Positions 18,072 through 28,076 of a stretch of 64,000 nt of DNA are shown piece after piece. How positions within the stretch are numbered: the first letter of the stretch is position 1; every line of letters starts with the position of its first letter. Under the pieces are notes generated by a model that worked only from the letters and a program-made list of their open reading frames with translations, did not search any database and was not told where the DNA came from. Source of the stretch: an uncultured Lachnospiraceae bacterium (GTDB lineage Bacteria > Bacillota > Clostridia > Oscillospirales > CAG-272); NCBI GenBank assembly GCA_964463325.1, contig CAYXBY010000001.1, forward strand, positions 14,791-78,790, given 5' to 3'. Both the position numbers and the translations under genes were made by a program.

Positions 18072-18082
18072 TAAAAATTATA

Positions 18083-18433
18083 TCAGTTCTCGTCGACGAG
18101 ACGGATAATGGCCATTTCGGCGCCGTCACCCTTGCGGGGACCGATCTTAAAGATCTGAGTATATCCGCCGTTTCTGTCGGCATACTTGGGAGAAATCTCG
18201 GAGAAGAGCTTGGTAACAACGCTTTCCTTGGTTATGAAAGCCATGGCGGTGCGGTGGTTAGCCAGAGTATTCTTCTTACCGAGAGTGATCATCTTTTCGG
18301 CAATAGCGCGAACTTCCTTAGCTCTTGTAACGGTGGTCTCAACCTGGCCGTTCTCAAGCAGATAAGTAACGAGCCCGCGGAGCATCGCCTGTCTCTGAGA
18401 CGTTGTTCTGCCGAGTTTTCTGGTTCCGGGCAT
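18083..18433 (-). CDS. rplQ: 50S ribosomal protein L17 (bL17)
   Basis: 116 aa starting [21 protein letters not shown]. It is the last gene of the alpha operon. Confidence 0.97.
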   Translation of the reverse strand: MPGTRKLGRTTSQRQAMLRGLVTYLLENGQVETTVTRAKEVRAIAEKMITLGKKNTLANHRTAMAFITKESVVTKLFSEISPKYADRNGGYTQIFKIGPRKGDGAEMAIIRLVDEN

Positions 18434-18480
18434 TTTTATTCCCTCCTTTTGCAGTACTTAATCTGAGCAATAATTCCCGG

Positions 18481-19455
18481 TCATTCCTCTTCTCTTTTGA
18501 GATCGAGGCCGAGTGAATGTAGTTTCAAAATAACTTCTTCAAGCGATTTTTTACCGAGGTTACGAACCTTTATCATATCCTCCTCGGTGCGGGTAGTCAG
18601 GTCTCCGACCGTATCGATGCCGGCGCGCTTCAAGCAGTTAAAGCTACGAACCGACATGTCAAGCTCCTCAATGGTCATCTCAAGAACCTTTTCCTTAACG
18701 GTCTCTTCTCTTTCAACCATTATCTCTGTGTTCTTTGCTTCATCTGAAAGATCCACAAACAAGTTGAGATGCTCGTTGAGAATCTTGGCTCCCAGAGAGA
18801 TCGCTTCCTTCGCAGTTATTGTTCCGTTTGTCAAGACCTCAAGCGTGAGCTTATCAAGGTCTGTGATGTTGCCGACACGGGTATTCTCAACCGTGTAGCT
18901 GACATTGTAAACCGGTGTGTAGATAGAATCGGTATATATGGTTCCGATAGGCGCGCTGACGGTAGGCCCCAACTGTGCGTTGTGAATCTGCTTATTGCGC
19001 TCCTGCGACACGTATCCGCGTCCGTGATCAAAGGTCAGCTCCATATAGAGGCGCTCATTTTCACCGATCGTAGCAATATGATGGGTGGGGTTGAGTATCT
19101 CTATGTCGGAATCCTGCTTTATATCGCCGGCTGTGATATCGCGCTCGCCCGTGACGTCAAGAATGACCGTCTTGGGTGCGCTGGTATGCAGCTTAGCGGT
19201 AATACCCTTGATGTTGAGGATGATCTCTGTGACATCCTCCTTGACACCGGGGATCGTGGAAAACTCATGGAGAACGCCGTCTATCTTCACGCTTGTCACG
19301 GCAACGCCGGGCAGCGAGCTGAGCAGTATTCTGCGCAGTGAATTTCCGAGGGTGATACCGTAGCCGCGCTCGAGCGGCTCAACGATGAACTTCCCCTTCC
19401 GTCCATCCTCACTGAGGTTGACCGTGGTGATATTGGGCTTTTCTATCTCAATCAT
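18481..19455 (-). CDS. rpoA: DNA-directed RNA polymerase subunit alpha
   Basis: 324 aa with N-terminal dimerisation and insert domains and a C-terminal HhH domain ([17 protein letters not shown]). Confidence 0.97.
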   Translation of the reverse strand: MIEIEKPNITTVNLSEDGRKGKFIVEPLERGYGITLGNSLRRILLSSLPGVAVTSVKIDGVLHEFSTIPGVKEDVTEIILNIKGITAKLHTSAPKTVILDVTGERDITAGDIKQDSDIEILNPTHHIATIGENERLYMELTFDHGRGYVSQERNKQIHNAQLGPTVSAPIGTIYTDSIYTPVYNVSYTVENTRVGNITDLDKLTLEVLTNGTITAKEAISLGAKILNEHLNLFVDLSDEAKNTEIMVEREETVKEKVLEMTIEELDMSVRSFNCLKRAGIDTVGDLTTRTEEDMIKVRNLGKKSLEEVILKLHSLGLDLKREEE

Positions 19456-19558
19456 TCCAAATAAATCCTCCTATTAAATTAATGGGGTGCCATTTCCGAT
19501 CTGTAAGCCGTTCCGTAATGTTCCGCCAGAGCATCACGGAGATGCCCAAAAGCGGATA

Positions 19559-20230
19559 TTACTTGGAATACAGCTCGACGATAAGCTGCTCGTTGATCTC
19601 GATATCGATATCGTCTCTGGTAGGAAGCGCAACTACCTTAGCGGTTGCGTTCTCCTTGTTGACTGTCAGCCACTTGGGCATAGTCTTGTTGCCAAAGCTG
19701 TCAGCCAGGCCGGGATTGACAACTTCCTTGTCATCAACGGTCTTCTTGGTGCCGGTGTACTTCTTGGAAGCCTTGAAGCTGTCGGTAACCGAAATTACGT
19801 CGCCTGCCTTAAGAATGACGGAAGGAATGTTGACCTTCTTGTCGTTTACCTTGAAGTGGCCGTGGATGATGAGCTGACGAGCCTCCTTGCGGCTGCTTGC
19901 CAGACCGACTCTGTAGATAACATTGTCAAATCTGCGCTCAAGCAGTACGAGCAGGTTCTCACCGGTCATGCCTTCCTTACGGTCAGCCTCTTCAAAATAG
20001 TTGACGAACTGCTTCTCCAGCACGCCGTAGTAGCGTCTGGTCTTCTGCTTCTCGCGAAGCTGCATTCCGTACTCTCTCTGCTTCTTAACGGCAGCACCAT
20101 GCTGTCCGGGCGCCTTGGAGCCTCTCTTGGTGTCCAGTGCGCACTTTGTAGTGCAACGATCACCCTTCAGGAAGAGCTTTGTGCCTTCTCTGCGGCAGAT
20201 CTTGCATACAGGTCCGGTATATCTTGCCAT
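19559..20230 (-). CDS. rpsD: 30S ribosomal protein S4 (uS4)
   Basis: 223 aa starting [16 protein letters not shown], with a four-Cys cluster and an S4 RNA-binding domain. It is somewhat longer than the usual roughly 200 aa. Confidence 0.96.
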   Translation of the reverse strand: MARYTGPVCKICRREGTKLFLKGDRCTTKCALDTKRGSKAPGQHGAAVKKQREYGMQLREKQKTRRYYGVLEKQFVNYFEEADRKEGMTGENLLVLLERRFDNVIYRVGLASSRKEARQLIIHGHFKVNDKKVNIPSVILKAGDVISVTDSFKASKKYTGTKKTVDDKEVVNPGLADSFGNKTMPKWLTVNKENATAKVVALPTRDDIDIEINEQLIVELYSK

Positions 20231-20253
20231 TTTACTTTATACCCCCTATAAAA

Positions 20254-20649
20254 TTAAACACGTCTGCGCTTAGGCGGTCTGCAACCATTGTGAGGAATGG
20301 GCGTCACGTCCTTGATCATGGTGATCTGGAGACCAACCGTCTCAAGCGCACGGATTGCGGATTCACGTCCCGAGCCGGGACCTCTAACATAAACCTCAAC
20401 AGACTTGAGTCCATGCTCGATCGCTGCCTTTGCAGCGGTCTCGGACGCCATCTGCGCGGCAAACGGCGTGGACTTTCTGGAGCCCTTGAAGCCAAGCTCA
20501 CCAGCCGATGCCCAGGAAATTGCATTTCCCTCTTTGTCGGTTATGGTGACGATCGTGTTATTGAAGGTTGCGCGAATATGAACCTGACCCTCGGGTATGT
20601 TCTTCTTTTCGCGGCGTCTCTTGACTACCTTCTTTCCAACATTAGCCAT
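20254..20649 (-). CDS. rpsK: 30S ribosomal protein S11 (uS11)
   Basis: I trimmed the track ORF to the ATG at 20649 ([32 protein letters not shown]), giving 131 aa. Confidence 0.96.
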   Translation of the reverse strand: MANVGKKVVKRRREKKNIPEGQVHIRATFNNTIVTITDKEGNAISWASAGELGFKGSRKSTPFAAQMASETAAKAAIEHGLKSVEVYVRGPGSGRESAIRALETVGLQITMIKDVTPIPHNGCRPPKRRRV

Positions 20650-20665
20650 CTTTATGCCACTCCTT

Positions 20666-21037
20666 TTAACTCTTCTTCTTGTTAGCGATTGTCTTAGCGG
20701 GACCTTTTCTGGTTCTCGCATTGGTCTTAGTTCTCTGTCCTCTTACCGGCAGTCCCTTTCTGTGACGGATACCGCGGTAGCAGTTGATCTCGACCAAACG
20801 CTTGATGTTCAGTGCCACGTCCCGGCGAAGATCGCCTTCAACATGATAATGAGATTCGATCTCATCACGAAGCTTTGCAACTTCTTCTTCCGTCAGATCC
20901 TTCGCACGAGTATCGGGATTGATTCCCGTCTTCGCGAGGATATCGTTTGCGCTCTTGCGGCCGATACCGTAGATGTAGGTAAGGGCTATCTCAACGCGCT
21001 TCTGATTCGGAATATCAACGCCTGCTATACGAGCCAT
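20666..21037 (-). CDS. rpsM: 30S ribosomal protein S13 (uS13)
   Basis: 123 aa starting [26 protein letters not shown]. Confidence 0.97.
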   Translation of the reverse strand: MARIAGVDIPNQKRVEIALTYIYGIGRKSANDILAKTGINPDTRAKDLTEEEVAKLRDEIESHYHVEGDLRRDVALNIKRLVEINCYRGIRHRKGLPVRGQRTKTNARTRKGPAKTIANKKKS

Positions 21038-21076
21038 TCTGTTTTACACCTCTCAAATTCGGTAGATTTGTAGGGC

Positions 21077-21190
21077 TTAACCCTGTCTCTGCTTGTGCTT
21101 GGGATTCTCACAAATGACCATTACGCGGCCTTTTCTCTTGATAATCTTGCACTTCTCGCAGATCTTTTTTACGGATGGCTTTACCTTCAT
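21077..21190 (-). CDS. rpmJ: 50S ribosomal protein L36 (bL36), Zn-binding form
   Basis: This gene is too short to appear in the ORF track. My own translation gives [37 protein letters not shown] (37 aa, CxxC...C...H). Confidence 0.95.
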   Translation of the reverse strand: MKVKPSVKKICEKCKIIKRKGRVMVICENPKHKQRQG

Positions 21191-21235
21191 TGTATTATAC
21201 CATTCCTTTCATAATGTTTTAGCGTGTGGCGCCAA

Positions 21236-21454
21236 TTATTTGGCTCTCCACGTTATCCTGCCCTTTGTGAGATCGTAAACGGAGACCTCAACGGTCACCT
21301 TATCACCGGGCAGTATGCGAATATAGTTCATTCTAAGCTTGCCGGAAATGTGCGCCATAACTATGTGCCCATTCGGCAGCTTGACCTTGAAGGTGGCATT
21401 GGGCAGTGCCTCAAGAACTACACCTTCAAACTCAATCACGTCATCCTTTGCCAG
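21236..21454 (-). CDS. infA: Translation initiation factor IF-1, apparent CTG start
   Basis: The track ORF starts at GTG 21439, but the upstream in-frame codons read CTG GCA AAG GAT GAC (xAKDD). That restores the conserved 72-aa IF-1 N-terminus MAKDDVIE. GGGAGGG lies 6 nt upstream of the CTG. Confidence 0.85.
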   Translation of the reverse strand: MAKDDVIEFEGVVLEALPNATFKVKLPNGHIVMAHISGKLRMNYIRILPGDKVTVEVSVYDLTKGRITWRAK

Positions 21455-21498
21455 AAAAATCCCTCCCTGCTATTTTCTTCGTGTGTGACAAGTTTTAT

Positions 21499-22272
21499 TC
21501 ACCATGCTTTATCGATCAGCGTAAGAATTCTCGGCCCATCCGGCAATATAGCCACTGTGTTTTCATAATGAGCCGACAGCTTCCCGTCCGCCGTCTTGAC
21601 TGTCCAGCCGTCCGGGAGGTCACGAACCTCCTTAACTCCGGCATTTATCATGGGCTCGATAGCTATCGTCATGCCCTCGACCAGTCTGACGCCGTGTCCG
21701 GCGGTGCCGTAATTCGGAACATCGGGCTGCTCATGCAGCTCACGTCCCACGCCGTGGCCGATATACGGCCTTACCACTGAGAAGCCTGCGCTCTCAGCGC
21801 ATTTCTGAACCGCGCTGCCTATGTCGCCTATGCGCATACCGGGGCGTGCAGCCGCTGCGCCCTCGAAAAAGCTGTTGCGGGTCACCTCAATGAGCCGCAT
21901 AGCCTCCTCGCTGACTTTTCCAACCGGTATAGTGCGCGCAGCGTCGCCGTGAAAGCCGCGATAGCAGGCGCCAACATCGACCTTAACGATATCGCCCTCA
22001 TGCAGTATCCTCTTTCGCGAGGGGATACCGTGAATGACCTCATCGTTTATGCTGATGCAAGCGGAAGCCGGGAATCCGGCGTAATTCAGGAAGGAGGGAC
22101 GCGCACCGTTTTTCTCGATAAAGTGACGTATCAGCTTATCGAGCTCAAATGTGCTGACGCCCTCACGGACGTAATCGCGGATAAAGACCAGCGCCTCACC
22201 CGTGATGCGCCCCGCTTCCTTCATAAGCGCGAGCTGTTCTGAATTTTTGATCTGGATCATATACCGCCTCAA
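21499..22272 (-). CDS. map: Type I methionine aminopeptidase
   Basis: 257 aa with a pita-bread fold and the metal ligands D..D..H..E..E in the expected context. Confidence 0.95.
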   Translation of the reverse strand: MRRYMIQIKNSEQLALMKEAGRITGEALVFIRDYVREGVSTFELDKLIRHFIEKNGARPSFLNYAGFPASACISINDEVIHGIPSRKRILHEGDIVKVDVGACYRGFHGDAARTIPVGKVSEEAMRLIEVTRNSFFEGAAAARPGMRIGDIGSAVQKCAESAGFSVVRPYIGHGVGRELHEQPDVPNYGTAGHGVRLVEGMTIAIEPMINAGVKEVRDLPDGWTVKTADGKLSAHYENTVAILPDGPRILTLIDKAW

Positions 22273-22904
22273 AGATTTGACAGAGCCTCGGTCACCAGCC
22301 GACTTGTATCGGCCAGCTCCTCCTGCCCTTCCACGACGCGCAGCAGCCCGCGGCCGGAGTAGAACTCCTTTAGCGGCTCAGTCTGACGGTGGTAGGTGTC
22401 AAGTCTGTTTTTAACGGTCTCGGCGTTGTCATCCTTGCGGATAATGAGCTCAGCCGAGCACTTATCACAAACGCCTTCAACAGCAGGCGGGTTATAGCTG
22501 ACGTGGTAGGACGCGCCGCACGCGGGGCAGACTCTGCGTCCGCCCATGCGCGCGATTATCCGCTCATCCTCGACCTCGATGGCCAGCACGACATCAATGT
22601 GGACGCCAAAGTCCTCAAGTGCCTGTGCCTGCGCGACCGAGCGAGGGAAGCCGTCAAGTATGAACCCGTTTTTGCAAGCGTCTGACGCGAGATACTCCTT
22701 GATGATACCGATAACTACCTCATCGGGCACCAGTGCGCCGCTCTCCACATAGGACTGGGCGCGGCGTCCGAGCTCAGTGCCGGCCTTGATGGCGGCTCTG
22801 AGGATCTCGCCTGTTGAAATGGTGGGAATTTGAAAGTTTTTTGAAATAAGCTCAGCCTGTGTGCCCTTACCGGCACCGGGAGCGCCCATCAGTATCAAAT
22901 TCAT
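22269..22904 (-). CDS. adk: Adenylate kinase (Zn-lid type)
   Basis: 211 aa with the P-loop GAPGAGKGT and a lid carrying CPACG...CDKC. Confidence 0.96.
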   Translation of the reverse strand: MNLILMGAPGAGKGTQAELISKNFQIPTISTGEILRAAIKAGTELGRRAQSYVESGALVPDEVVIGIIKEYLASDACKNGFILDGFPRSVAQAQALEDFGVHIDVVLAIEVEDERIIARMGGRRVCPACGASYHVSYNPPAVEGVCDKCSAELIIRKDDNAETVKNRLDTYHRQTEPLKEFYSGRGLLRVVEGQEELADTSRLVTEALSNL

Positions 22905-22928
22905 ACTTTTTCCTCCGGTGGGATACTA

Positions 22929-24248
22929 TCAATCAAGGAAGCCCTTGTAGTTACGCATGGTCAGCTGAGCCTCGAGCTCATGAACTGTCTCAAGCGCAAC
23001 GCCTACAACGATCAGGAGGGACGAGCCGCCGAATGCAAGGCCTGCAAACGTCAGCGTACCATCGTGTATCGCGTAGTCGACAATGGAAATGAGCATCGGC
23101 ACACCGGCAACAACACAGAGGAACACGCCACCGATCAGAGTGATGCGGCTGAGTATCTTCTGGATATACTGCACAGTGGGCTTACCGGGACGAATACCCG
23201 GGACGGCGCCGCCATTGTCACGGATGTTGTTCGCAACCTCTACAGGATTGAAGGAGATCAAGGTGTAGAAGTAGGAGAACGCAATTATCAGCACCAGGAA
23301 TACCAGCAGGTAGGGCCAGGTGTAGTAATTGAAGTTGTTGGTGATCCACTTCAGCCAGCCGACATTCGGGAAGAAGGCGGCGATGGTTGCAGGGATAGCA
23401 ACGATGGAGTTTGCAAAGATGATGGGCATAACGCCGGTCATGTTGAGCTTGAGGGGCAGATTGGAGGACTGGCCACCATACATCTTGCGCCCGACAACTC
23501 TCTTTGCGTACTGGATCGGGATCCTTCTCTCACTGTTGGTGAACCACACCACCAGCAGCACTGCTGCCAGCGTGATGGCCAGCGAAACAATGACGAGGAT
23601 CAGACCTGTCCACTTGAAGGAACCGTTATCAAACATCATGCCGAACAGCGAGCCGCAAAGCGAAGGCAGTCTTGCGATGATGTTTGCAAACAGAATGATG
23701 GAGATACCGTTGCCGATACCGAACTCATTGATCTTCTCAGCCAGCCACATGATAAGTGCGGCGCCGGCGCAGAAGCAGGCAATGACCACAGCATACTTGA
23801 ACACCTTGGCGCTGTCATCAGTGCCGAAGGAAAGCATGTTATAGCTTCTCATGGTCATGGCATAACCGTAAGCGGTTATCAGACCGAGAACAACGGTACA
23901 AATGCGGGTGTAGCCCGCGATCTTCTTCTTGCCTTCCTCTTCCTTGGACATTCTCTCAAGGGCAGGAATTGCGATAGTAAGAAGCTGAATAACTATCGAT
24001 GCGGTGATGTAGGGCGAGACGGAGAGAGCAAACAGCGTTGCCTTTCCGAATGCGTCACCGGACAGTATATTCATGAACTGGAAGATGGAGCCGGCAGCGT
24101 ACTGGTTAAACGAGCTGAGCGCGTCAGCACTTACATACGGAACCGGAATAGATGCACCAAGGCGGTAAAGGACTATGATCAGGAGCGTGAAGAGCAGCTT
24201 CTTGCGAAGCTCCGGGACCTTCCACGCATTCTTAATTGTCTGAAACAT
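22929..24248 (-). CDS. secY: Preprotein translocase subunit SecY
   Basis: 439 aa with 10 TM segments, in the conserved position between rplO and adk. Confidence 0.97.
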   Translation of the reverse strand: MFQTIKNAWKVPELRKKLLFTLLIIVLYRLGASIPVPYVSADALSSFNQYAAGSIFQFMNILSGDAFGKATLFALSVSPYITASIVIQLLTIAIPALERMSKEEEGKKKIAGYTRICTVVLGLITAYGYAMTMRSYNMLSFGTDDSAKVFKYAVVIACFCAGAALIMWLAEKINEFGIGNGISIILFANIIARLPSLCGSLFGMMFDNGSFKWTGLILVIVSLAITLAAVLLVVWFTNSERRIPIQYAKRVVGRKMYGGQSSNLPLKLNMTGVMPIIFANSIVAIPATIAAFFPNVGWLKWITNNFNYYTWPYLLVFLVLIIAFSYFYTLISFNPVEVANNIRDNGGAVPGIRPGKPTVQYIQKILSRITLIGGVFLCVVAGVPMLISIVDYAIHDGTLTFAGLAFGGSSLLIVVGVALETVHELEAQLTMRNYKGFLD

Positions 24249-24250
24249 CC

Positions 24251-24691
24251 TTACACCTCCTCAATCTTTCCACCTGCTGCTTCTATTTTTTCCTTAGCAC
24301 TTGCGGAAAAAACGGTTGCTTTAACAGTTACCTTTTTGGTGAGGTCACCGTTTCCAAGCACCTTAAGTCCATCAAGCTCCTTGCGGACTATCTTCTTCTC
24401 GAGCAGTGCGTTCAGATCGATCACCGCACCGTCCTCAAAGACATTGAGCTCGGACACGTTGACTATCGCGTAAGTTGTAGCAAACTTATTGTGGAAGCCT
24501 CTCTTGGGAAGCTTTCTGTAGAGGGGGAGCTGTCCGCCCTCAAAGCCGGGACGGACACCGCCGCCCGATCTGGCATTCTGACCCTTATGGCCCTTGCCAG
24601 CTGTTTTTCCGTTACCGGAGCCTGCACCTCTGCCCTTGCGGAACACAGGAGTTGCGGAGCCGGCTGCGGGAGATAACTCATGGAGTTTCAT
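24251..24691 (-). CDS. rplO: 50S ribosomal protein L15 (uL15)
   Basis: 146 aa starting [12 protein letters not shown], with a Gly/Arg-rich N-terminus. Confidence 0.96.
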   Translation of the reverse strand: MKLHELSPAAGSATPVFRKGRGAGSGNGKTAGKGHKGQNARSGGGVRPGFEGGQLPLYRKLPKRGFHNKFATTYAIVNVSELNVFEDGAVIDLNALLEKKIVRKELDGLKVLGNGDLTKKVTVKATVFSASAKEKIEAAGGKIEEV

Positions 24692-24704
24692 CGTGCTGCC
24701 TCCT

Positions 24705-24878
24705 TTATACGTTTTCGACCTTGACGAGATGCGCGATCACGCGAATCTTGCCGGCCAGAACAGCGTCATCCTTGCAGACGATGCTGTCACCGATCTTTCT
24801 CAGACCCAGCGAATGAGCAGTCGCCAGCTGACCTTCCTTGGCGCGGATGAGGCTCTTGATAAGTGTAACCTTTTTCAT
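24705..24878 (-). CDS. rpmD: 50S ribosomal protein L30 (uL30)
   Basis: I trimmed to the ATG at 24878 ([17 protein letters not shown]), giving 57 aa. An AAGGAGGGG SD is present, and the start lies after the rpsE stop. Confidence 0.93.
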   Translation of the reverse strand: MKKVTLIKSLIRAKEGQLATAHSLGLRKIGDSIVCKDDAVLAGKIRVIAHLVKVENV

Positions 24879-24891
24879 TTCAAACCCCTCC

Positions 24892-25419
24892 TTAGCCGTT
24901 GACCTGTTCAACGCTGATGTCGCGGATCTTTGCGACCTCCTCAGCGGTACGGAGTGCCTTCAGACCCTCCATCGTAGCCTTGACCACGTTGGTAGGATTG
25001 TTGGAACGCAGGCACTTTGCACGTATATTCTTGATCCCGGCCAGCTCGAGTATAGCTCTCACCTTGCCGCCGGCTATGATACCGGTACCGGGAGCGGCGG
25101 GCTTGAGCAGGACCTTGCCTGCACCGTAAACGCCCACCACCTCATGAGGTATGGTAGTTCCCTTGAGGGAAACGTGGATCATGTTCTTTTTAGCGTCCTC
25201 GATACCCTTGCGGATAGCCTCGGGGACCTCTGCTGCCTTGCCGAGTCCGACGCCAACGTTGCCGTTTCCGTCGCCCACGACCATAATAGCCGCGAAACGA
25301 GCGATACGACCGCCCTTGACTGTCTTTGATACACGGTTCAGCGCAACCATGGACTCGCGGAGCTCGTTCTCTTCACGACGGGGCTCGCGGTCATGTCTGT
25401 TGTTTTTGCTGTAAGCCAT
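24892..25419 (-). CDS. rpsE: 30S ribosomal protein S5 (uS5)
   Basis: 175 aa with a dsRBD-like N-domain and the S5 C-domain. Confidence 0.97.
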   Translation of the reverse strand: MAYSKNNRHDREPRREENELRESMVALNRVSKTVKGGRIARFAAIMVVGDGNGNVGVGLGKAAEVPEAIRKGIEDAKKNMIHVSLKGTTIPHEVVGVYGAGKVLLKPAAPGTGIIAGGKVRAILELAGIKNIRAKCLRSNNPTNVVKATMEGLKALRTAEEVAKIRDISVEQVNG

Positions 25420-25488
25420 TTTTTACTCCTTAAATTTGTTCAAAAGGTTAATTTGAACAGTGTACAAACCGGAAATCAGTCTTTCGAC

Positions 25489-25848
25489 TCAGAACTTCAG
25501 GCCGCCCTCGCGAGCGCCTGTAGCCAGTTCCGATACACGTCCGTGATAAAGATAGCCGCCGCGGTCGAAAACGACTTCGGAGATACCCTTTTCGATCGCT
25601 CTCTCAGCGATCTTCTTGCCAACGAGCTTTGCAGCCTCTTTGTTGCCTGTAGCGCCCTCAAAACCAGCCTCATAGGTGGACGCGCTGGCAAGAGTTACAC
25701 CCTTAACGTCATCAATGATCTGAGCACTGATGTGATCGTTGGAGCGATAAACAGACAGACGGGGACGAGCGGTCGTGCCCGAGATCTTAGCTCTTACTCT
25801 CTTATGTCTCTTGAGACGAGCTGTGTTGCTGTCCTTTCTTGAAACCAT
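25489..25848 (-). CDS. rplR: 50S ribosomal protein L18 (uL18)
   Basis: 119 aa ending [26 protein letters not shown]. Confidence 0.97.
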   Translation of the reverse strand: MVSRKDSNTARLKRHKRVRAKISGTTARPRLSVYRSNDHISAQIIDDVKGVTLASASTYEAGFEGATGNKEAAKLVGKKIAERAIEKGISEVVFDRGGYLYHGRVSELATGAREGGLKF

Positions 25849-25867
25849 ATCATTCCACTCCTTTCAA

Positions 25868-26440
25868 TTATTTGCCGGTCTTAGCGACTTTACGGCGAAC
25901 GACCTCGTTGTTATACTTAACACCCTTACCGTGGTAAGGCTCCGGAGGTCTCTTGCTTCTGATGGTAGCTGCGGTCTGGCCGACCAGCTGCTTGTCAATG
26001 CCCTTGATGATGATCGTAGGCACTGCCATCTTATCCGGCACCTCGAACTTAATGCCCTCGGGCGCCTTGATGCAATACTTTTCCTGAGGCTGACCGTTGG
26101 CCTCGAGCGAGTAGCCGAGGTACAGCTGCAGGGTCTGCCCCTGAAGCACTACCTTATAGCCAACGCCGATTATCTCCAGTGTCTTGGAGAAGCCCTCAGT
26201 TACACCAACCACCATGTTGTGGAGCAGTGCGCGGGTCAAGCCATGCAGGCTCTTATCAGCCTTGTCGTCGGAGGGACGGCAGACGAGCAGCTCATTGCCC
26301 TCCTGCTTGATCTCCATACGGGGACTGAAGCTCTGGGTCAGGGTTCCGAGAGGACCCTTGACAGTGACGTTATTGTTGTCGCCCAGCGTAACGGTAACAC
26401 CGGCGGGGATGACAACAGGCATTCTACCTATTCTTGACAT
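25868..26440 (-). CDS. rplF: 50S ribosomal protein L6 (uL6)
   Basis: 190 aa starting MSRIGRMPVVIPAGVTV. Confidence 0.96.
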   Translation of the reverse strand: MSRIGRMPVVIPAGVTVTLGDNNNVTVKGPLGTLTQSFSPRMEIKQEGNELLVCRPSDDKADKSLHGLTRALLHNMVVGVTEGFSKTLEIIGVGYKVVLQGQTLQLYLGYSLEANGQPQEKYCIKAPEGIKFEVPDKMAVPTIIIKGIDKQLVGQTAATIRSKRPPEPYHGKGVKYNNEVVRRKVAKTGK

Positions 26441-26457
26441 TTCGTTTTACCTCCCGC

Positions 26458-26856
26458 TTACCAGACGAAGGCAAGGACTTCGCCGCCGATCTTCTGCGCG
26501 CGAGCCTGCTTGTCGGTCATGATACCCTTGGAAGTGGAAACGATTGCAATGCCCAGACCGTTCATGACCTTGGGCATATCCTCGTAGCCGGCGTATACTC
26601 TCAGACCGGGCTTGGAAACGCGGCGGATACCGCGAATGACCTTCTGCTTGCCGGCCTGATACTTAAGGGTAACGCGAATGGCTCCCTGCTTGCCATCCTC
26701 GATGAGCTGATAGCTCTTGACGTAGCCCTCAGCAACGAGTATCTTGGCAATGGATTCCTTCATTTTGGATGCCGGAATGTCAACAGTGGGATGCTTAGCG
26801 TCATTGGCGTTTCTGATCCGTGTGAGCATATCGGCGATTACATCTGACATTTGCAT
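26458..26856 (-). CDS. rpsH: 30S ribosomal protein S8 (uS8)
   Basis: 132 aa containing [13 protein letters not shown]. Confidence 0.97.
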   Translation of the reverse strand: MQMSDVIADMLTRIRNANDAKHPTVDIPASKMKESIAKILVAEGYVKSYQLIEDGKQGAIRVTLKYQAGKQKVIRGIRRVSKPGLRVYAGYEDMPKVMNGLGIAIVSTSKGIMTDKQARAQKIGGEVLAFVW

Positions 26857-26960
26857 TGTTTTTTTCTCCTTTATGCAAGTTATTATCTTGCTGCCGGAGC
26901 TTCTCCGGCGGCATATCGGTGGTTAAACCCTGAGGGTTTCCTTCCGATAGTAAGGGGGTT

Positions 26961-27146
26961 TTACCAGCTTGCTTTCTTTACGCCCGGGATCTCGCCCTTG
27001 TAGGCGAGCTCACGGAAGCATATACGGCAAATGCCGTACTTACGCAAATAAGCATGGGGACGGCCGCAGATCTTGCAGCGGTTGTACTCACGGGTGGAGA
27101 ACTTCTGTGCTCTCTGCTGCTTGAGTATCATTGACTTTTTTGCCAT
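26961..27146 (-). CDS. rpsZ: 30S ribosomal protein S14 type Z (Zn-binding)
   Basis: 61 aa with [23 protein letters not shown] (CxxC...CxxC). Confidence 0.96.
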   Translation of the reverse strand: MAKKSMILKQQRAQKFSTREYNRCKICGRPHAYLRKYGICRICFRELAYKGEIPGVKKASW

Positions 27147-27162
27147 TCTTCAGTCCCTCCTC

Positions 27163-27702
27163 TTAGTTTGCGAAGGGAGCGCCCATCAGCTTGAGCAGCT
27201 CCTTAGCTTCTTCATCGGTGCGCGCGGTAGTAACGAAGCAAATATCCATACCGCGGATCTTATCGACCTTGTCGTACTCGATCTCAGGGAATATCAGCTG
27301 CTCCTTGAGACCGAGAGCGTAGTTGCCTCTGCCGTCGAAGGCGTTGGGGTTGATACCCTTGAAGTCACGAACGCGGGGAAGTGCGAAGTTGAACAGTCTG
27401 TCGATAAACTCGTACATTCTCTCGCCGCGAAGCGTGACCTTCGCACCGATCTTCATGCCCTCACGAACTTTGAAGTTAGCAACCGACTTCTTAGCGTAGG
27501 TCGGCACTGCCTTCTGGCCGGAGATGATCGCGAGGTCCTTCAGCACGCTGTCGATGACCTTCGCGTTATCCTTTGCATCACCGCAGCCGACGTTGATAAC
27601 TACCTTGTCGAGCTTGGGGATCTGCATGGGGCTCTTGTATTCAAACTTTTTCATAAGGGCGGGAGCGACCTCGGCCTTATAGAAATCACCAAGTCTTGCC
27701 AT
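27163..27702 (-). CDS. rplE: 50S ribosomal protein L5 (uL5)
   Basis: 179 aa with the typical uL5 sequence, in spc-operon order. Confidence 0.97.
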   Translation of the reverse strand: MARLGDFYKAEVAPALMKKFEYKSPMQIPKLDKVVINVGCGDAKDNAKVIDSVLKDLAIISGQKAVPTYAKKSVANFKVREGMKIGAKVTLRGERMYEFIDRLFNFALPRVRDFKGINPNAFDGRGNYALGLKEQLIFPEIEYDKVDKIRGMDICFVTTARTDEEAKELLKLMGAPFAN

Positions 27703-27715
27703 TTTTCACCCTCCC

Positions 27716-28057
27716 TTAAATTTCCGGGTAGCCGCACTTCTTGTGGGCAGCTACGCGAACCTTTTTGCCTTTTTCGTCGACCTTATGGCCAACTCTGGCA
27801 GCCTTGCCGCACTTAGGGCAGACGATAGCGACCTTGGAGGCGTAGATTGCGCCCTCGGTGTCGACGATACCGCCGCTCTCGCCCTGTCTGCGGGGCTTGA
27901 CGTGCTTATGAACGGTGTTCACACCCTCAACAATGACCTTGCCCTCCTTGGGAGAGACAGCGATCACCTTGTGGACCTTGAGCTCGCCGTTCTGATCCTT
28001 CTTTTCCTCATACTTACCGGTAAGAAGGACGACTTTATCACCAGCTTTGATATTCAT
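27716..28057 (-). CDS. rplX: 50S ribosomal protein L24 (uL24) with a C-terminal CxxC...HxxC motif
   Basis: 113 aa with a KOW motif at the N-terminus and a C-terminal VCPKCG...AAHKKCG. Confidence 0.95.
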   Translation of the reverse strand: MNIKAGDKVVLLTGKYEEKKDQNGELKVHKVIAVSPKEGKVIVEGVNTVHKHVKPRRQGESGGIVDTEGAIYASKVAIVCPKCGKAARVGHKVDEKGKKVRVAAHKKCGYPEI

Positions 28058-28076
28058 GATATGGTATCCTCCTTAA

